Shown one piece after another: positions 12,701 to 24,067 of a DNA stretch of 33,864 bases. A program made the position numbers and the translations under genes. The notes under the pieces are model-generated. The model was not told the DNA's origin and searched no databases. It saw only the letters and a list, made by a program, of their open reading frames with translations. This stretch comes from Klebsormidium nitens (lineage: Eukaryota; Plantae; Klebsormidiophyceae), in assembly GCA_000708835.1 (NCBI GenBank), contig DF237619.1, positions 13,623 through 47,486 of the forward strand. Direction: 5' to 3'. Numbering within the stretch: position 1 is the stretch's first letter; the number at the start of each line of letters is the position of its first letter.

Positions 12701-15700
12701 GAGTGATTTAGTTATCTGTTCTGCTTGTCAAGGACTGTTGTTATCATATCCAGGACGTGGACGAGGGCTGGTCAGTGTGACAAATCTTGGCCCTGAGTCT
12801 GTTACTGGCAACTGCACCTCGATCTGTCAGATTTGCTCTTGGAAGGTTGCACCTTTTTGGGTTTGAAAATTGCATCAGCACCTGGTTGGGCATCAAGTGC
12901 CGTTAAGGGGGCCATTACTGGAGACTTCAATCGATGCACTGTTGATCGCTTACTGATCAGCTATCCTTTTATGAGGTCTGTGAGCTGTCGCACGGACATG
13001 GCAAATATGGGCCAGTTGCCATTGACGTTGTGCCAGACAATACTGCGCGACTCTGAGCCTGTGATACGAGACTGCATATTAACAATGAAAGAGAAAAATT
13101 TGGTTGCAACAGAGTTGGCACTTCTTTCTTGTTTTCCAAGTGTGGCGCCACCTGAATTCTTGGTTGTGACCTACCCTGGTCATGAGTGTGAGGTGCACCA
13201 GAATCAGGTTTTTCAAGGGCAGCCTGCCTTTCCGTCGACCATGACGACTTGGACTGCTACTACTAGCCTTGTGGACGCACGCTCGTTTTCTGGGCTCTCG
13301 CCTCGGAAAAGGATCATGAAGACTGCGAGGTGTATAGTTTAGTTTCCGCTTTTTTGCTGCTTGGCTGAAGCTACCGTGCTGCATCATCCGGGTGCTTTTT
13401 AGAAAGGATGCGGTCCTCTTTACCCAAAGATCCGAGCAGCGTTTGAGACGGAACATTTTATAGTCGTGGCTCCAGTCAATCGCTTCAAATTTTGTTCCTT
13501 ATATTGGCCATGTTGATCTGACTGGCTGACTCAACGTCAATTTCGGTCGGAGTTTCTGAGCCTTCATTTCTCAACAAGTGACTAGGTTGCCTATTTGTCA
13601 AGAGACGAATCAAGATGCACTTGGCGGAAGCTAGAAATACATGGTCTAGGCAAGGATTTACTTGGGAGTCGTATTCTTTCAAGTTCCTAGTCAAGCTCAC
13701 CTGCAAGGTCCTTGAGGTCACTGCACCCCCCCCAGGCGGTCCCGTTTCTCCGCTGGCAGACTGCACCCGTGGGGCTTTTTCAGAATTGACGCATTAGGGG
13801 CCATCGTAACCAAGCAATGTTCGAAGAGTAAACTTTCTTTAATGCTGTCCATTTGCCTCCGCTGTAATTCTGGCTTTTTTGTAGCCTTTGTTGTTACTCT
13901 ACATGAGGCTGTGGCAGCACTCTGCTCCCGCCAGGATTATTGGTGCCTCTTCGTGACGGTCTCTTTCGGTGGTCGATTGTCTCAGAAAAGTCTATGCGAC
14001 TCTTGGACGTAGGGATGAACTTGCGTGGTGGCTTCTAGGTAAAGGCCATGATGACTTAAATCCTGACATACGTCATGGACATGTCGGTAGTCTCCGAAGC
14101 CTTGCAGTAACGATAGGAACGGTGCTTGTCTCAGGCTCTTGCAATACTTAAAGCAAGTACAGAGCATTGCAAATCGTCAACCAGTTAGCTGAAGTCCAAC
14201 GCTATCAACAAATTCGACTCGGGGCCAAAGCCCTTTCTGCCCAGGATACATTTGTCACCGCCAGCAGACCGCAATTTTTTTGTTCTTTGACTGCCGTTCG
14301 TCTTCTTTGTTTGGCATCAGCCCATGAAGATAGTTGCGTGGTACCTTTTGGACTGCCTTTTCTATCGAGCCTCGCTTGCAAACAACAAAAGGCGGTGTCA
14401 GAACTACCTGTGCCTCTTTTTAAGAGTCCAATCTGTGGTTTAATATCTGGAGTCCTGGTCAGGCTGTGAAGAAGGGCATTGGCAAATTTGTCAGTGGCTT
14501 CCTGCTAGCATTCTTGAGCCGCAGCACCGACTACAACGCTTGCAGACATTGTCACCTTTGCTTTGTCAGAGCAATCATTGATAAGCCCACATGTCATCAC
14601 CATGCCTTTCTTTCCGGCTTGACAGACGGTTCCTCAACTGGCAAAGATTCTCTCCTTTTGCCGTTGCGTCGTCAAGGCGAAACCCTAGATACCGCCCCTG
14701 TTCGTCCGGAAGCTCTCCTTTAAAACCATTGAGAGATTGCCGATAGCACCGTCAAATGTGACAGGTATCATCCCCCCTTTTTGCGCTTCTTGCGAACCAG
14801 AATCCCAGGCTGAAAGCTTACTCGATTGTCGCTCCTTACAGGGTTTGGTGTGCAGCTTGTGCTTCCAGCGCATTGGCAGCTACTGCTCTGATTCCCCTGC
14901 CAATGACCACATTTTTCTGTCTTCTCCCTCCCGGGCCTTTATGTTCAGCACAAGTTCCCCAAAGGAATCATGCCGAAACTTTGGCTCGAATCTTGAGCTC
15001 GCTTCTTTTCGGAGCGTGGTGCGCAGTGTGTTTTCGACTCAACGTGCAGCTACGACACTGTTTGCTTTCAAACCTCTCTCCGGCGGAGATCTTCTCCTTG
15101 CCGCCAGCCAGCACGAGGGAGCCAAAATAACTTTGTTAAATACTTGGCTGATATTTGTAGCTCATTTTATCCACTCCTCTCGCAGGGCGTGGTGCGCAGC
15201 GTGTGCTTCCACCCCAACGCGCAGCTGCTCCTGACGGCGGGCCTGGACAAGACGGTGCGCTTCTTCAACGTGGACGGCAAGAAGAACCCGCGCGTGCAGA
15301 GCTTGTTCCTGGAGGACATGCCCGTCGCGAAAGCCGGGTTTACCGGGGATGGTCGCAAGGTGGTAGCTGCGGGGCGACGGAAGTGGTTCTACGTCGTGGA
15401 TCTCGCGTCGGCGCGGGTCGAAAGGGTAAGTATTGAGATGTGGGTAGATCCCCTGTTGGATTCCTCTTTCTTGTTTCGTTCTTTTTTTGAATCGTAATCT
15501 CTTTAGTTTTGGAGGTTGCATACCGCAAGTGGTTTTGCGATATAAGACACGTCCCGGCGCGGGTTGAAAGGGTGAGTGCTCTGTTTCACCGTAGTTTCGA
15601 TTGCTGTTTTCTCTCTTTCTGGGCTTGTTTTCTTCCGGGGTGTCATTCCTGCAATTCTGGTGGCCGGACGTCGCACACAGGTTTGCGTCATGGATTTTGC

Positions 15701-17062
15701 CTCAGCGCGGGTGGCAACGTTGCATCATCAGGTTCGTAGACTTTTCCTTGTTAGTTTCTTCCTCTGGATTGTCTTCCTTTGAAGTAGTTGCCAGACGCAA
15801 CGAGTGGCCAAGTCATGGCTGTTGACGGGTCAAATCGGTGAAGCAGGCAAATGTATACCCTCCCACTCTGTCGCGAAGTCAGATACCACTTCAGCTCTTC
15901 TGTACTCCTTGACCTGGACAAGTGCATTTGTAATTTTGGACCAGGATGTGTTCAAGGAGCCTGTTAGGTCTTCGCAGTGACTGTTCCCAATCCGCTCGCG
16001 AATCCCAGAAGCTTGATAAGAACGATATAGAGTTGCTCTGAGCGGGGAATACTTGCAATACCCTGCTTTCAACGGGGCCCCTTCCTGGTTGAGAAAGGCA
16101 CCTATTCCGAGAACAAGGGTTGCGGAAACTCGTTGGCCCCAGCAAAATTTGGGGTCTTATCAGGAAAGGCGTCAGGTACCTATTCTCCGAGTCAGCTTCA
16201 AAGGACTTTCAGGAATCCTATCTCGACAACGTGCACGGAGCAGCCTTGGTGGACGGAGAGCTTCCAACATCGTATTTGGTGCCTTCTCTGCCTTCTCCTT
16301 ACTTTGTTCCGGTTGGACCTCGCTTCTGACACCCAGCTTCTCCTCCTCCATCAGATTGGCGGCATCGTTGGGCGTGAAGAGAAGAGCCTCGAAAGCTTTG
16401 CGCTCTCGCCCCTCGGCGACCAGGCCGCGTTTCTCGGAAACGAAGGCCACGTCAGTCTGGTTTCCCTCCACTCCAAGCAATGGATCGGCACGCTCAAAAT
16501 GAACGGCTCCGCTCGCGCGGCGGCGTACGCCCCCGATGGGAATACCCTGCTGACGTCTGGAGGAGACGGAGAGATCTACCACTGGGACGTGCGCACCCGG
16601 CGGTGCATGTACCGCACTCGCGACGAGGGCTGTGTGAAAAGCTCCGCGTTAGATGTGTCATCGGACGGCCGGTATTTCGCCACGGGGTCGGACAGCGGGG
16701 TGGTTAACGTCTATAACCGAGCGCGGTTAGGGGTGGACGATGAACCCGTGAACGAGCCACGTGGGTTGTTCTCCACGAGCCCATCGCCGTTGAAAACGGT
16801 CATGAACCTGACGACAGTAGCGGACACGGTCAGGTTCAATCCGGACGGGCAGATTCTGGCGATTGCATCGCGGATGAAGAAAGACTCGCTGCGGTTGGTG
16901 CACCTGCCGAGCGGGACCGTGTTTCAGAATTGGCCCACGGCGCGGTCGCCGTTGCAGTTTGTGCACTCGTTGGACTTCAGCCCGGGGGGCGGGTTCATGG
17001 CGGTCGGGAATGCGAAAGGGAAGGTACTACTGTACAGATTGCATCATTACGAGCACGCATAG
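9772..17062 (+). CDS. UTP18: U3 snoRNA-associated protein 18 homolog (WD40, SSU processome)
   Basis: Exons 9772-10023, 10888-11184, 11950-12030, 15186-15425, 16355-17062, all phase 0 with GT/AG ends; 1578 bp, 525 aa. Motifs: LEKELFG, PAWVDDEDEEVTVNIARVNRLRKLR, RMRDANQEEP, SVCFHPNAQLLLTAGLDK, GTLKMNG, KDSLRLVHLPSGTVFQNWP, GKVLLYRLHHY. Confidence 0.95.
11395..11463. repeat. Perfect two-copy 33-bp tandem repeat with internal hairpin (intronic)
   Basis: aactcaagaaaagctttgggttttcttgaattg twice (11395-11427, 11428-11460) plus aac. Each unit contains the stem tcaagaaaa/ttttcttga. Confidence 0.9.
15013..15715 (+). repeat. Degenerate partial copies of UTP18 exon 4 in both flanking introns
   Basis: About 15013-15130 echoes the exon 5' half (SVVRSVF...LLLAASQHEGAKITLLN vs GVVRSVCF...LLLTAGLDKTVRFFN). 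About 15509-15577 (YRKWFCDIRHVPARVER plus gtgagt donor) and about 15655-15715 (AGRRTQVCVMDFASARVA) echo the 3' half AGRRKWFYVVDLASARVER. Confidence 0.7.
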
Positions 17063-18074
17063 TCAATGAGCGGGAAAGTTTCATGGAAGATCGGGCCAGC
17101 GGGTAGACGAACAGGCCTAAATGATTTCATAGGTCAAACTAGGGCCAATGCTACCATTTAGCTTGACATTGATCAAGTCGATCAAAGTAGCGTGTATGAA
17201 TCAACTTGACACAAGATTCTAGAGCATGTTCTTGATGAATATCGTGGCTGTGGATCTAGCTGTTTCGTTCATTAGTACGTCATCAACTTTGCTTGTCACA
17301 TTGCAGTCTATATGTAAGTTACTTGGCCGATATGGGCTTTGCTAATATCCCATCGTATGGCTGGACATGCTTGGACCCGAACAATGGCGGCCAGATGGGA
17401 TCGTGTTCTGGCCGATATGAGCCTATGCTTCATGCTTATATCAACTGGCAAAGTTGCAGAAGATGATTGATTGAATCGCGTGTGACCGTCTCAGTTTGGT
17501 GGGGCGTTTGTCGGAAAATCATGTACGATCAAAGCGACTGCACATGTAGACTTTTTAACTTGGTCAAGCAACCATGCATTTGCTCGATCGGCGCACTGAC
17601 ACCTAGGCACTGATGGCCCTCCGACAGGCCTTTCAATCCTAGTGAATCCAAATCATTATCCTAATGTATCCGGCTGGTCCTTTGGCATACAGAATTGCCG
17701 AAGTTTAAGCTGAGCTTGACCTCAATCTGATGTACCTGCCACTATCACAATTTTAGGTACTTACTGATTGATAACGTAGTTCACTGAGAATTTCGATACC
17801 CACCTGGCAAGGTAGACGAATTACTTTGTCCAGTGCATCCAACCATCCAACCATCCAACCAATTTTGCAGGAGGCGAAGGGTACTAGATCCTAAGTATCG
17901 GCCGTGCTCGGCCTACCGTAAGTCTGATAAGGGATGCAAAGTAAGCTTGGTGCCACAGAACACCTCGGCATCTCATGCAAGTTCTAAATGACGGCCAGAA
18001 CCGCAACGCGTTCCATATATAGGGCCACCCAGCTACAAGGTGTCGCTCAATCTCCGCGAAAGACGGCCGCATGA

Positions 18075-21000
18075 CTAGAGGTCGCCTTCACCATTCACTT
18101 TCCACGCCTGTAAGGTTTCCTCTTCCGCAGGCTGCGCATCTTGATCGCCTTCCTCGACATCCTTCACCTTCATCTCGCTGCCACCTGTCCTCATTCGTTG
18201 CAGCTTCTAACGTACTCTGGACTTTAAACTCAGCCGGTGCTTCTTCGTGAAGCGGATGTGGAGGTCAGGCGCCGGCTCCTCTTCGCTCTTATCCTGAGAT
18301 TCAAAAGGAGATTCTTTTCAATCGCAATTGCAATACCCGTACGATTCAGGTCGCAAGGTGGATAATCTGAGAACGGGCTAAGAACACGGGCACGAAACGA
18401 GTGACCTGCTATCAACTCTCGCGTGACCAAACGGGCTTGTGACCTAGGATACGAGTAACCCGGGCATTTAAACCAGGAAATACAATCTTGAATGTCTACC
18501 CGCTCCGCACCGGAACCCACCCTAACCACCCAACTAACTTCACCCGTCTCCCGGGTGCCCTTCTTGAGTCACACGCGTATTAAGTCACACGGGAGTTATC
18601 AGACCACGGGCGGGTGCGTAATGGCTAGCTTTCTGGTTCATGGATCCAGCACTGCGAGTATGGCTGCCCTAGGCATACACTTCTTTTAGATATGCTCAAA
18701 GGCTGAGCTTCCCGTGCAAGTGAGGACTCTTACCTTGACGGCGACAAACGCAAGCATGAGCAGACTGGGGACGATGACCCACACGCCCGCCCACTGACTC
18801 AGCAACGTGGTGTACTGCAACGTGTTGATCTCCGCAAGGTAGATGACGCCTTCCTGGTCGAACGTGTAGCCAATCTGGAGGAGGCTGAAAAGGCGAAGAG
18901 TGAAAGGGAAGCTCAAATCAACTAACAGAATACGAGGGGGCCTGGCAAATCATATGGAAGTCGAGTGGATTGGTCCATTGTCTCACGCATGATAGCCTGC
19001 TCTCGTTCCTCAGATGACGTCAGGTGGCGATCAAGCTTAGTGTCAACCGTGCAGACAATAGGAATAGTGACGATTCAGGTCGTGATATATCCAGTGGTAC
19101 CTCTAGGTTTACAGCTCGGACGTGTCAGTTCTGTTAGATGCTCTTTTTCTCGAGGAGCAGAATGAATGACGAAAATCAGGTTCGAAAAACGCAGAGCGTG
19201 TCCAACGGACGAAAGGAGTGCAGGTAAAGAGATGCGGCTCACTTCTTCTCTGCGAGTTGGTCAGCTGAAAAAGCGAACGTCTGAAGGTTGGTTGTTCGGT
19301 ACCAGACTTCGTTGCGGTTCCACAGCTTGTCTTTGTACACAGCCGCGAGAACCATTTGCGTAAATGTCTGCAAAACCAGAGGCCAAGCCTGTAAGCTTCT
19401 GTCCTCTTTGCTGTCCGGTTTTTTGAGAGACCTTTGTGGAAGGAATGAAGACGCCCCAGATCTTCACCCGGCTTCGACTTCTGGTGTGTCTGAAAAGCAG
19501 AAGAACAACTAAGCAAGACCGGTCCCCTGATTGCTGGCCTCACGCAACGTAGACTCGAACATTCCATGGGTTCCGTCGAAGAAGCTGCACAGTTCAACGT
19601 TACAAAGTACGCTGCCAAAGCGAGCTACTTTCATCAAGGAATCCCACATCCATATACCCTAAAACGATTTTTGATTGAGCCAAAACTTCGAGCCCACTTT
19701 AAATCAGAAAGAATCCGACGCGGCCTCGAGCTCGATCGTCTGAGTTTGGTTTTTTGACCAGGGCAACAAGTGACGGCATTCGTCTTGCACTAAGGAGCAG
19801 TTCTCTGACTCGTAGATTGCTATGTATGTAGATTGCTTTGCAAGTATTCATGTGGACTAGCAATTTGCGGAGTTACGGAATTGGAAAATGGGAATCTGGG
19901 GAACTCGGGAATTGTGAATCGAACCTGGGTGGGAAGGTCGAACTCCGTTGCTTTGTAGTCGGCGTCGTAAGGAGTGAGGATTTCCGCTCCGTGATAAAGT
20001 GTCGTCCATACAAAGGAAGGAGGTAGGGGCTCGGAGTGATTACTACTGTTGAAGCTGTTGAAACGCAGCACTGCATAGAAGACAAACCGGTTATGGCTGC
20101 GTTCTACTCAAGTTTGGATTTTGTACGTTTCGAGAAGTGACTCTGTTAAGTGACGGTGGGGAGCCTATGCTTGAGTCAAAGTACGGAGGCAACGTGAAGT
20201 ACTCTGTCCAAGCGCATGGCAAGATATATTCCGAACTTCCACGAGTCAATTCTAGTCCAAATGGGCAGCTCAAAGAAGGCATATACTTCTCAGGAGCGAA
20301 TGTGTCTGGACATGTGGCTTGTGAGATTCTGGATCTAGGGCTGATTTCGAGAAAGAAAGCTGATTTCGAGAAAGAAAGCTTTAGAAAATGCGATTGGAAG
20401 AGACACTCACGTATGTCCAGGTAATACGAATTGTTCCCCTCATAGCCACTGGAAGCGAAGTCCCAGCAAATCGTTCTCAGGTAGTCCTGCACAGAGTTGG
20501 ATAAATTTGTTAAGTATTCTGGAAGCTCGACTTTCATACCTAGACACCACGGAGAGTACTGGTCCACTAGAGGGCCGAGGGTCCCACCAATCAGGTGTGA
20601 ATAGTATTGGCCAACCTTCCTTCCGGTTCGCAAGGGCCCAACAATCCAATTCACACGTTGGTCGAGAAGAATGCTTTTAAAATCCCTATCTTCAAAATCA
20701 GAATGTTCCGTGTGCAAGGTATGAAAGGTCGAAAGCAGGGATGCTGGGTTTTGAGGAGCAACAACACCTGTAGGTCCATGGCAATAACGCCCCTTGGATA
20801 TATATTAGGGAACACTTTGGCGCTCCAATCGACTTGTCAACTTGTCAAGGCTGGGACCAGGGACAACCTCGACACATTCCGGATCCATTTCAATCTTGCA
20901 GCAGCCAGACTGAAGTGAAGAAGAAGAATCTGTTGTTTAGCGAAACCGGTCCCCCGCTGCTCCACCTCCAGCCTCAGCCGCTCGGCTTCCGCCGTTTCCC

Positions 21001-22811
21001 TCGGCTCCTGCCACGACTGCCCGCCCTGCATCCTAGCATCCTTCTTCCGTTCTCGTGCCTCCTTCCGAGACGTCTCTCATCTGCCTTCCGAGCCCTGTCT
21101 TCTTCTTTCTCTCGCTCTTGTCCGGCCCTCAGAAAACAAACGTCACTAGCTTACTACGAGAAACTTGCACTGAAATCAATGCAATGCAAGGTCGAGTATC
21201 TCACAGCGGGAGCACGAGCGGGAAGCCGACTTTACATGGCCTTGAAAAGTTAGGGGGAAGTATCACAAAACTTCCTATGTTGGTTCATGTTCTGCTGCAG
21301 GAGAACACTTGGGATTCAACGACGAAGAAAGTTGAGTATGAGGTGCGCATTGTGCCAATCAAGAGAGTGGATAGACCCTGTCGTCTTCCATTCCAAGGAA
21401 CATTCTCCTCATCGGCAACGAAGCTTCCCATAGTGCAGATACAGGAAATGAAAAGCTGCACATATAGTACATGTAGCAAAAACTCGTTTTATGAAAAACA
21501 GCAAAGAAAGCAGCCACTACCGTCGCAATGAAGAAAGCCGGCAAAACACCGTCCCCAATAAAAAGTAAACTAAAGAAGATACAAACACGGAATTTGAAAT
21601 GCATTGAAATGGACTCGGAAGAAAATGCCGCTTCTGATTTCGGCCAGGGAAGATGTCTCTACAGTTTGTATTAGGACTCGTGAAGAGTTGGCAAGAATGG
21701 TTACAGACAATGGTTGTTCAACAAGTTTGTGACAGTGGACCAAGTAATTGAACTATCATGATTTGAAAATTAATTAGTTGATTATTACTAACTGTGTCAC
21801 AGTGATGATAAGACCCGCTGATGAGCCACTATCAAAGACAAGGTATTCGATGAATGATACAAGGGTAAATTAGCTGATACAAATGTTGCAAGTGTCTAGA
21901 ATGTACTCAATTAGCTTTCCTGTGTCTTCTGTACTGATCATATTGTACTTTCGTATCCAGCAGCAATAACACCAGGATCCTCAAAGACTTGGTACCTTTT
22001 CTTGGGACCCCCTTGAGATTTTAACAGGGTCAGCTCCCCCCTTCAGAGTTGCACCCTCCCAGGTTGCACAGCTGCTTGTGGAGAGTAAGGGACGTACTGG
22101 ACGTAATGGTAATAGCAATCAAGGGTAAGGATTGATCGATTTGAGGAGATGTTGGTAATCCTCTGCCTGAACCCATGCTACAGCCCCTCTTTCTGACTCT
22201 TCCTCTGCAAACCAGTATAGATAGATTCCTGTGGTTCCCTTAAGATAACCCTGTGGGATTGCACTGAAGCTATGTATTTCTCCGGTGTCGCTAATGGCAA
22301 CGTTGTCTGATACACTCCTGATGGCGGTCTCTCGAGCCGCATATCCATCCTGAGAGAGCGAAAGATTTGCGAACAGGGGGATGGTGAAATCCATAGGGCT
22401 ATTAAAAGTCCTCATATAGGTGGCGTAAGGAAGGCTCGCGAACACATTACCATGGAGCTTCAAACTTTGCCAGGCGGTAGTTCTCGCAAACTCACGAAGC
22501 CTCTTGGAGTTCTCTGTTTCTAAGACCTCAAGCGGAAGAGAGCCATCCTCCCCAAGCTGAGGGACAAGATAAGCCAGTTGGTTGCGGGATTCCGACATAC
22601 CGTACTTACGAAAGAAAGTCCGTCGTGAGAAACGAAAAGGGATGCATGAGCAGGGAGGAAGACTGTGGATGGAACCTTGTGTCTGCATGCCATTTCTGTT
22701 TGCGTGCCTGTCAGCGCGAAAATTCGCGACGTAAGGCATTTTGGAAAGCGCGCGGGTGACCGATTCTGTTAAGGTCTCTGACCGCTTGCCCCCGCTACCC
22801 AACGTCCTCAT
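18075..22811 (-). CDS. Unidentified multi-exon gene, probably a single-pass membrane protein; exon structure and both ends only partly resolved
   Basis: Splice-consistent minus-strand exons: 18874-18734 (IGYTFDQEGVIYLAEINTLQYTTLLSQWAGVWVIVPSLLMLAFVAVK, hydrophobic helix), 20029-19925, 20305 to about 20128, about 20640-20411 (GTGAGT donor at 20410). There is also a long open frame at about 22811-22119. No family recognised. Confidence 0.45.
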
Positions 22812-23039
22812 GAGCCACCCATGGCTCCTACGGGACAAAAAAAAACTGATCGATTGAGGTTTGATTGACCCGGTTCCTCGAACCGCCGTATTGGCCAGAA
22901 CGCCATTCGGCGAAATCTCGGTCGGGGGGACACGTGGCACGCTAGGGTGGCTCCTTTTTAGGCCAACAATCCCCAAATCTCCGGACTGATATAACCAGGT
23001 GCCGCGCAAATATTTATGTCACTTTAGATTTGATGGGTA

Positions 23040-23339
23040 CCGTACCGCCACACTCAATTCGCAGACCCCCGTTGCGAAAAAGTTATTTTCGAAGATTTTT
23101 CCATTTCGCACTGGGATATTGACAATTATTTAAGCAATTGCCAGTTTTTAGCACTTGCTGGTTAACAGCGGTAAACCCACGCTAACAGAGCTTGTTTACC
23201 AGTATAACCGCCCTATTTTCGCAACCCATAAGTATTTTGAGCGTATACGTTTTCGCACCAGCTCTTGTACAAGTAATATTTTTTTCCGCATGAACTTCAC
23301 AATAATTATTTACAGTGCGAATTGCGTGTAGCGGTACGG
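23040..23339. mobile_element. Tc1/mariner-type (Stowaway-like) MITE, 300 bp, near the host/virus-like junction
   Basis: TIR CCGTACCGCCACACTCAATTCGCA (23040-23063) matches the reverse complement of 23316-23339 at 22/24. TA on both sides (23038-39, 23340-41). AT-rich interior with repeated TTTCGCA/TGCGAA motifs. Confidence 0.85.
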
Positions 23340-23718
23340 TAGGCTCGCCGCAGGCTTAGGAACCAGTGCAGCAAACAGGTCGCCGCGAAAACAACACTAA
23401 TACTTTCTAGCAAAACTCTCGCAGTTGACGCAGTATGTTTTAGTGCCGCCGGCGGTCGAGAAATTGGGCGAACTTGTCCGAGTGAAACCAAATAGACTAC
23501 AACTAGCCGAGTGTTGTCCAATCGACCCAACTACCTCGGATCTCATCAGACCTTTCTGAAAGTCCTGGGTGGCGGTTGTACGTTGCCTCAGTGAAGACAT
23601 GTGGCATCCGATTCCCATGCCTTTTCGAGGCACAGGTGAAAAACACCGGTGTTAGCACCTTTTCATAGCATACTTTCATTCCTCCAATTCACCCAGACAC
23701 CCATGTAATTCTCTCTAC

Positions 23719-24018
23719 ATGAGAAATTTTGGAAGGATCCATCTTTTGTCAGAGATCGATCGATCGCCGCACATCTCAGACCTTTCGGAAGGAAGTGGGT
23801 GTCTGGGTGACGCGGTTATGAGCGCCATGGACGCCATGTACACTGCCTCTATGAACACTACGTGGTTGATAAAGTTTCTTTTTCGCGCTCATCTCAAGAA
23901 GATCGGCGGTGGGATCCTCATGCAAAGTTTAGCTCGTCTTCTGGAAGAGGTCGAACGTGTGTATCGATCGAAAAGATCTTCCGAGAATGGTAACAAAAGC
24001 GAACGAACATGCCGGTGA
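23719..24018 (+). CDS. Small hypothetical protein (virus-like region)
   Basis: 99-aa ATG-started ORF with helical, protein-like composition (TWLIKFLFRAHLKKIGGGILMQSLARLLEEVERVY); no motif recognised. Confidence 0.4.
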   Translation: MRNFGRIHLLSEIDRSPHISDLSEGSGCLGDAVMSAMDAMYTASMNTTWLIKFLFRAHLKKIGGGILMQSLARLLEEVERVYRSKRSSENGNKSERTCR

Positions 24019-24067
24019 CCACACGTTCCAGTACGACGAAGCATTGCGGGCGGCGGCATCCCCGAGG

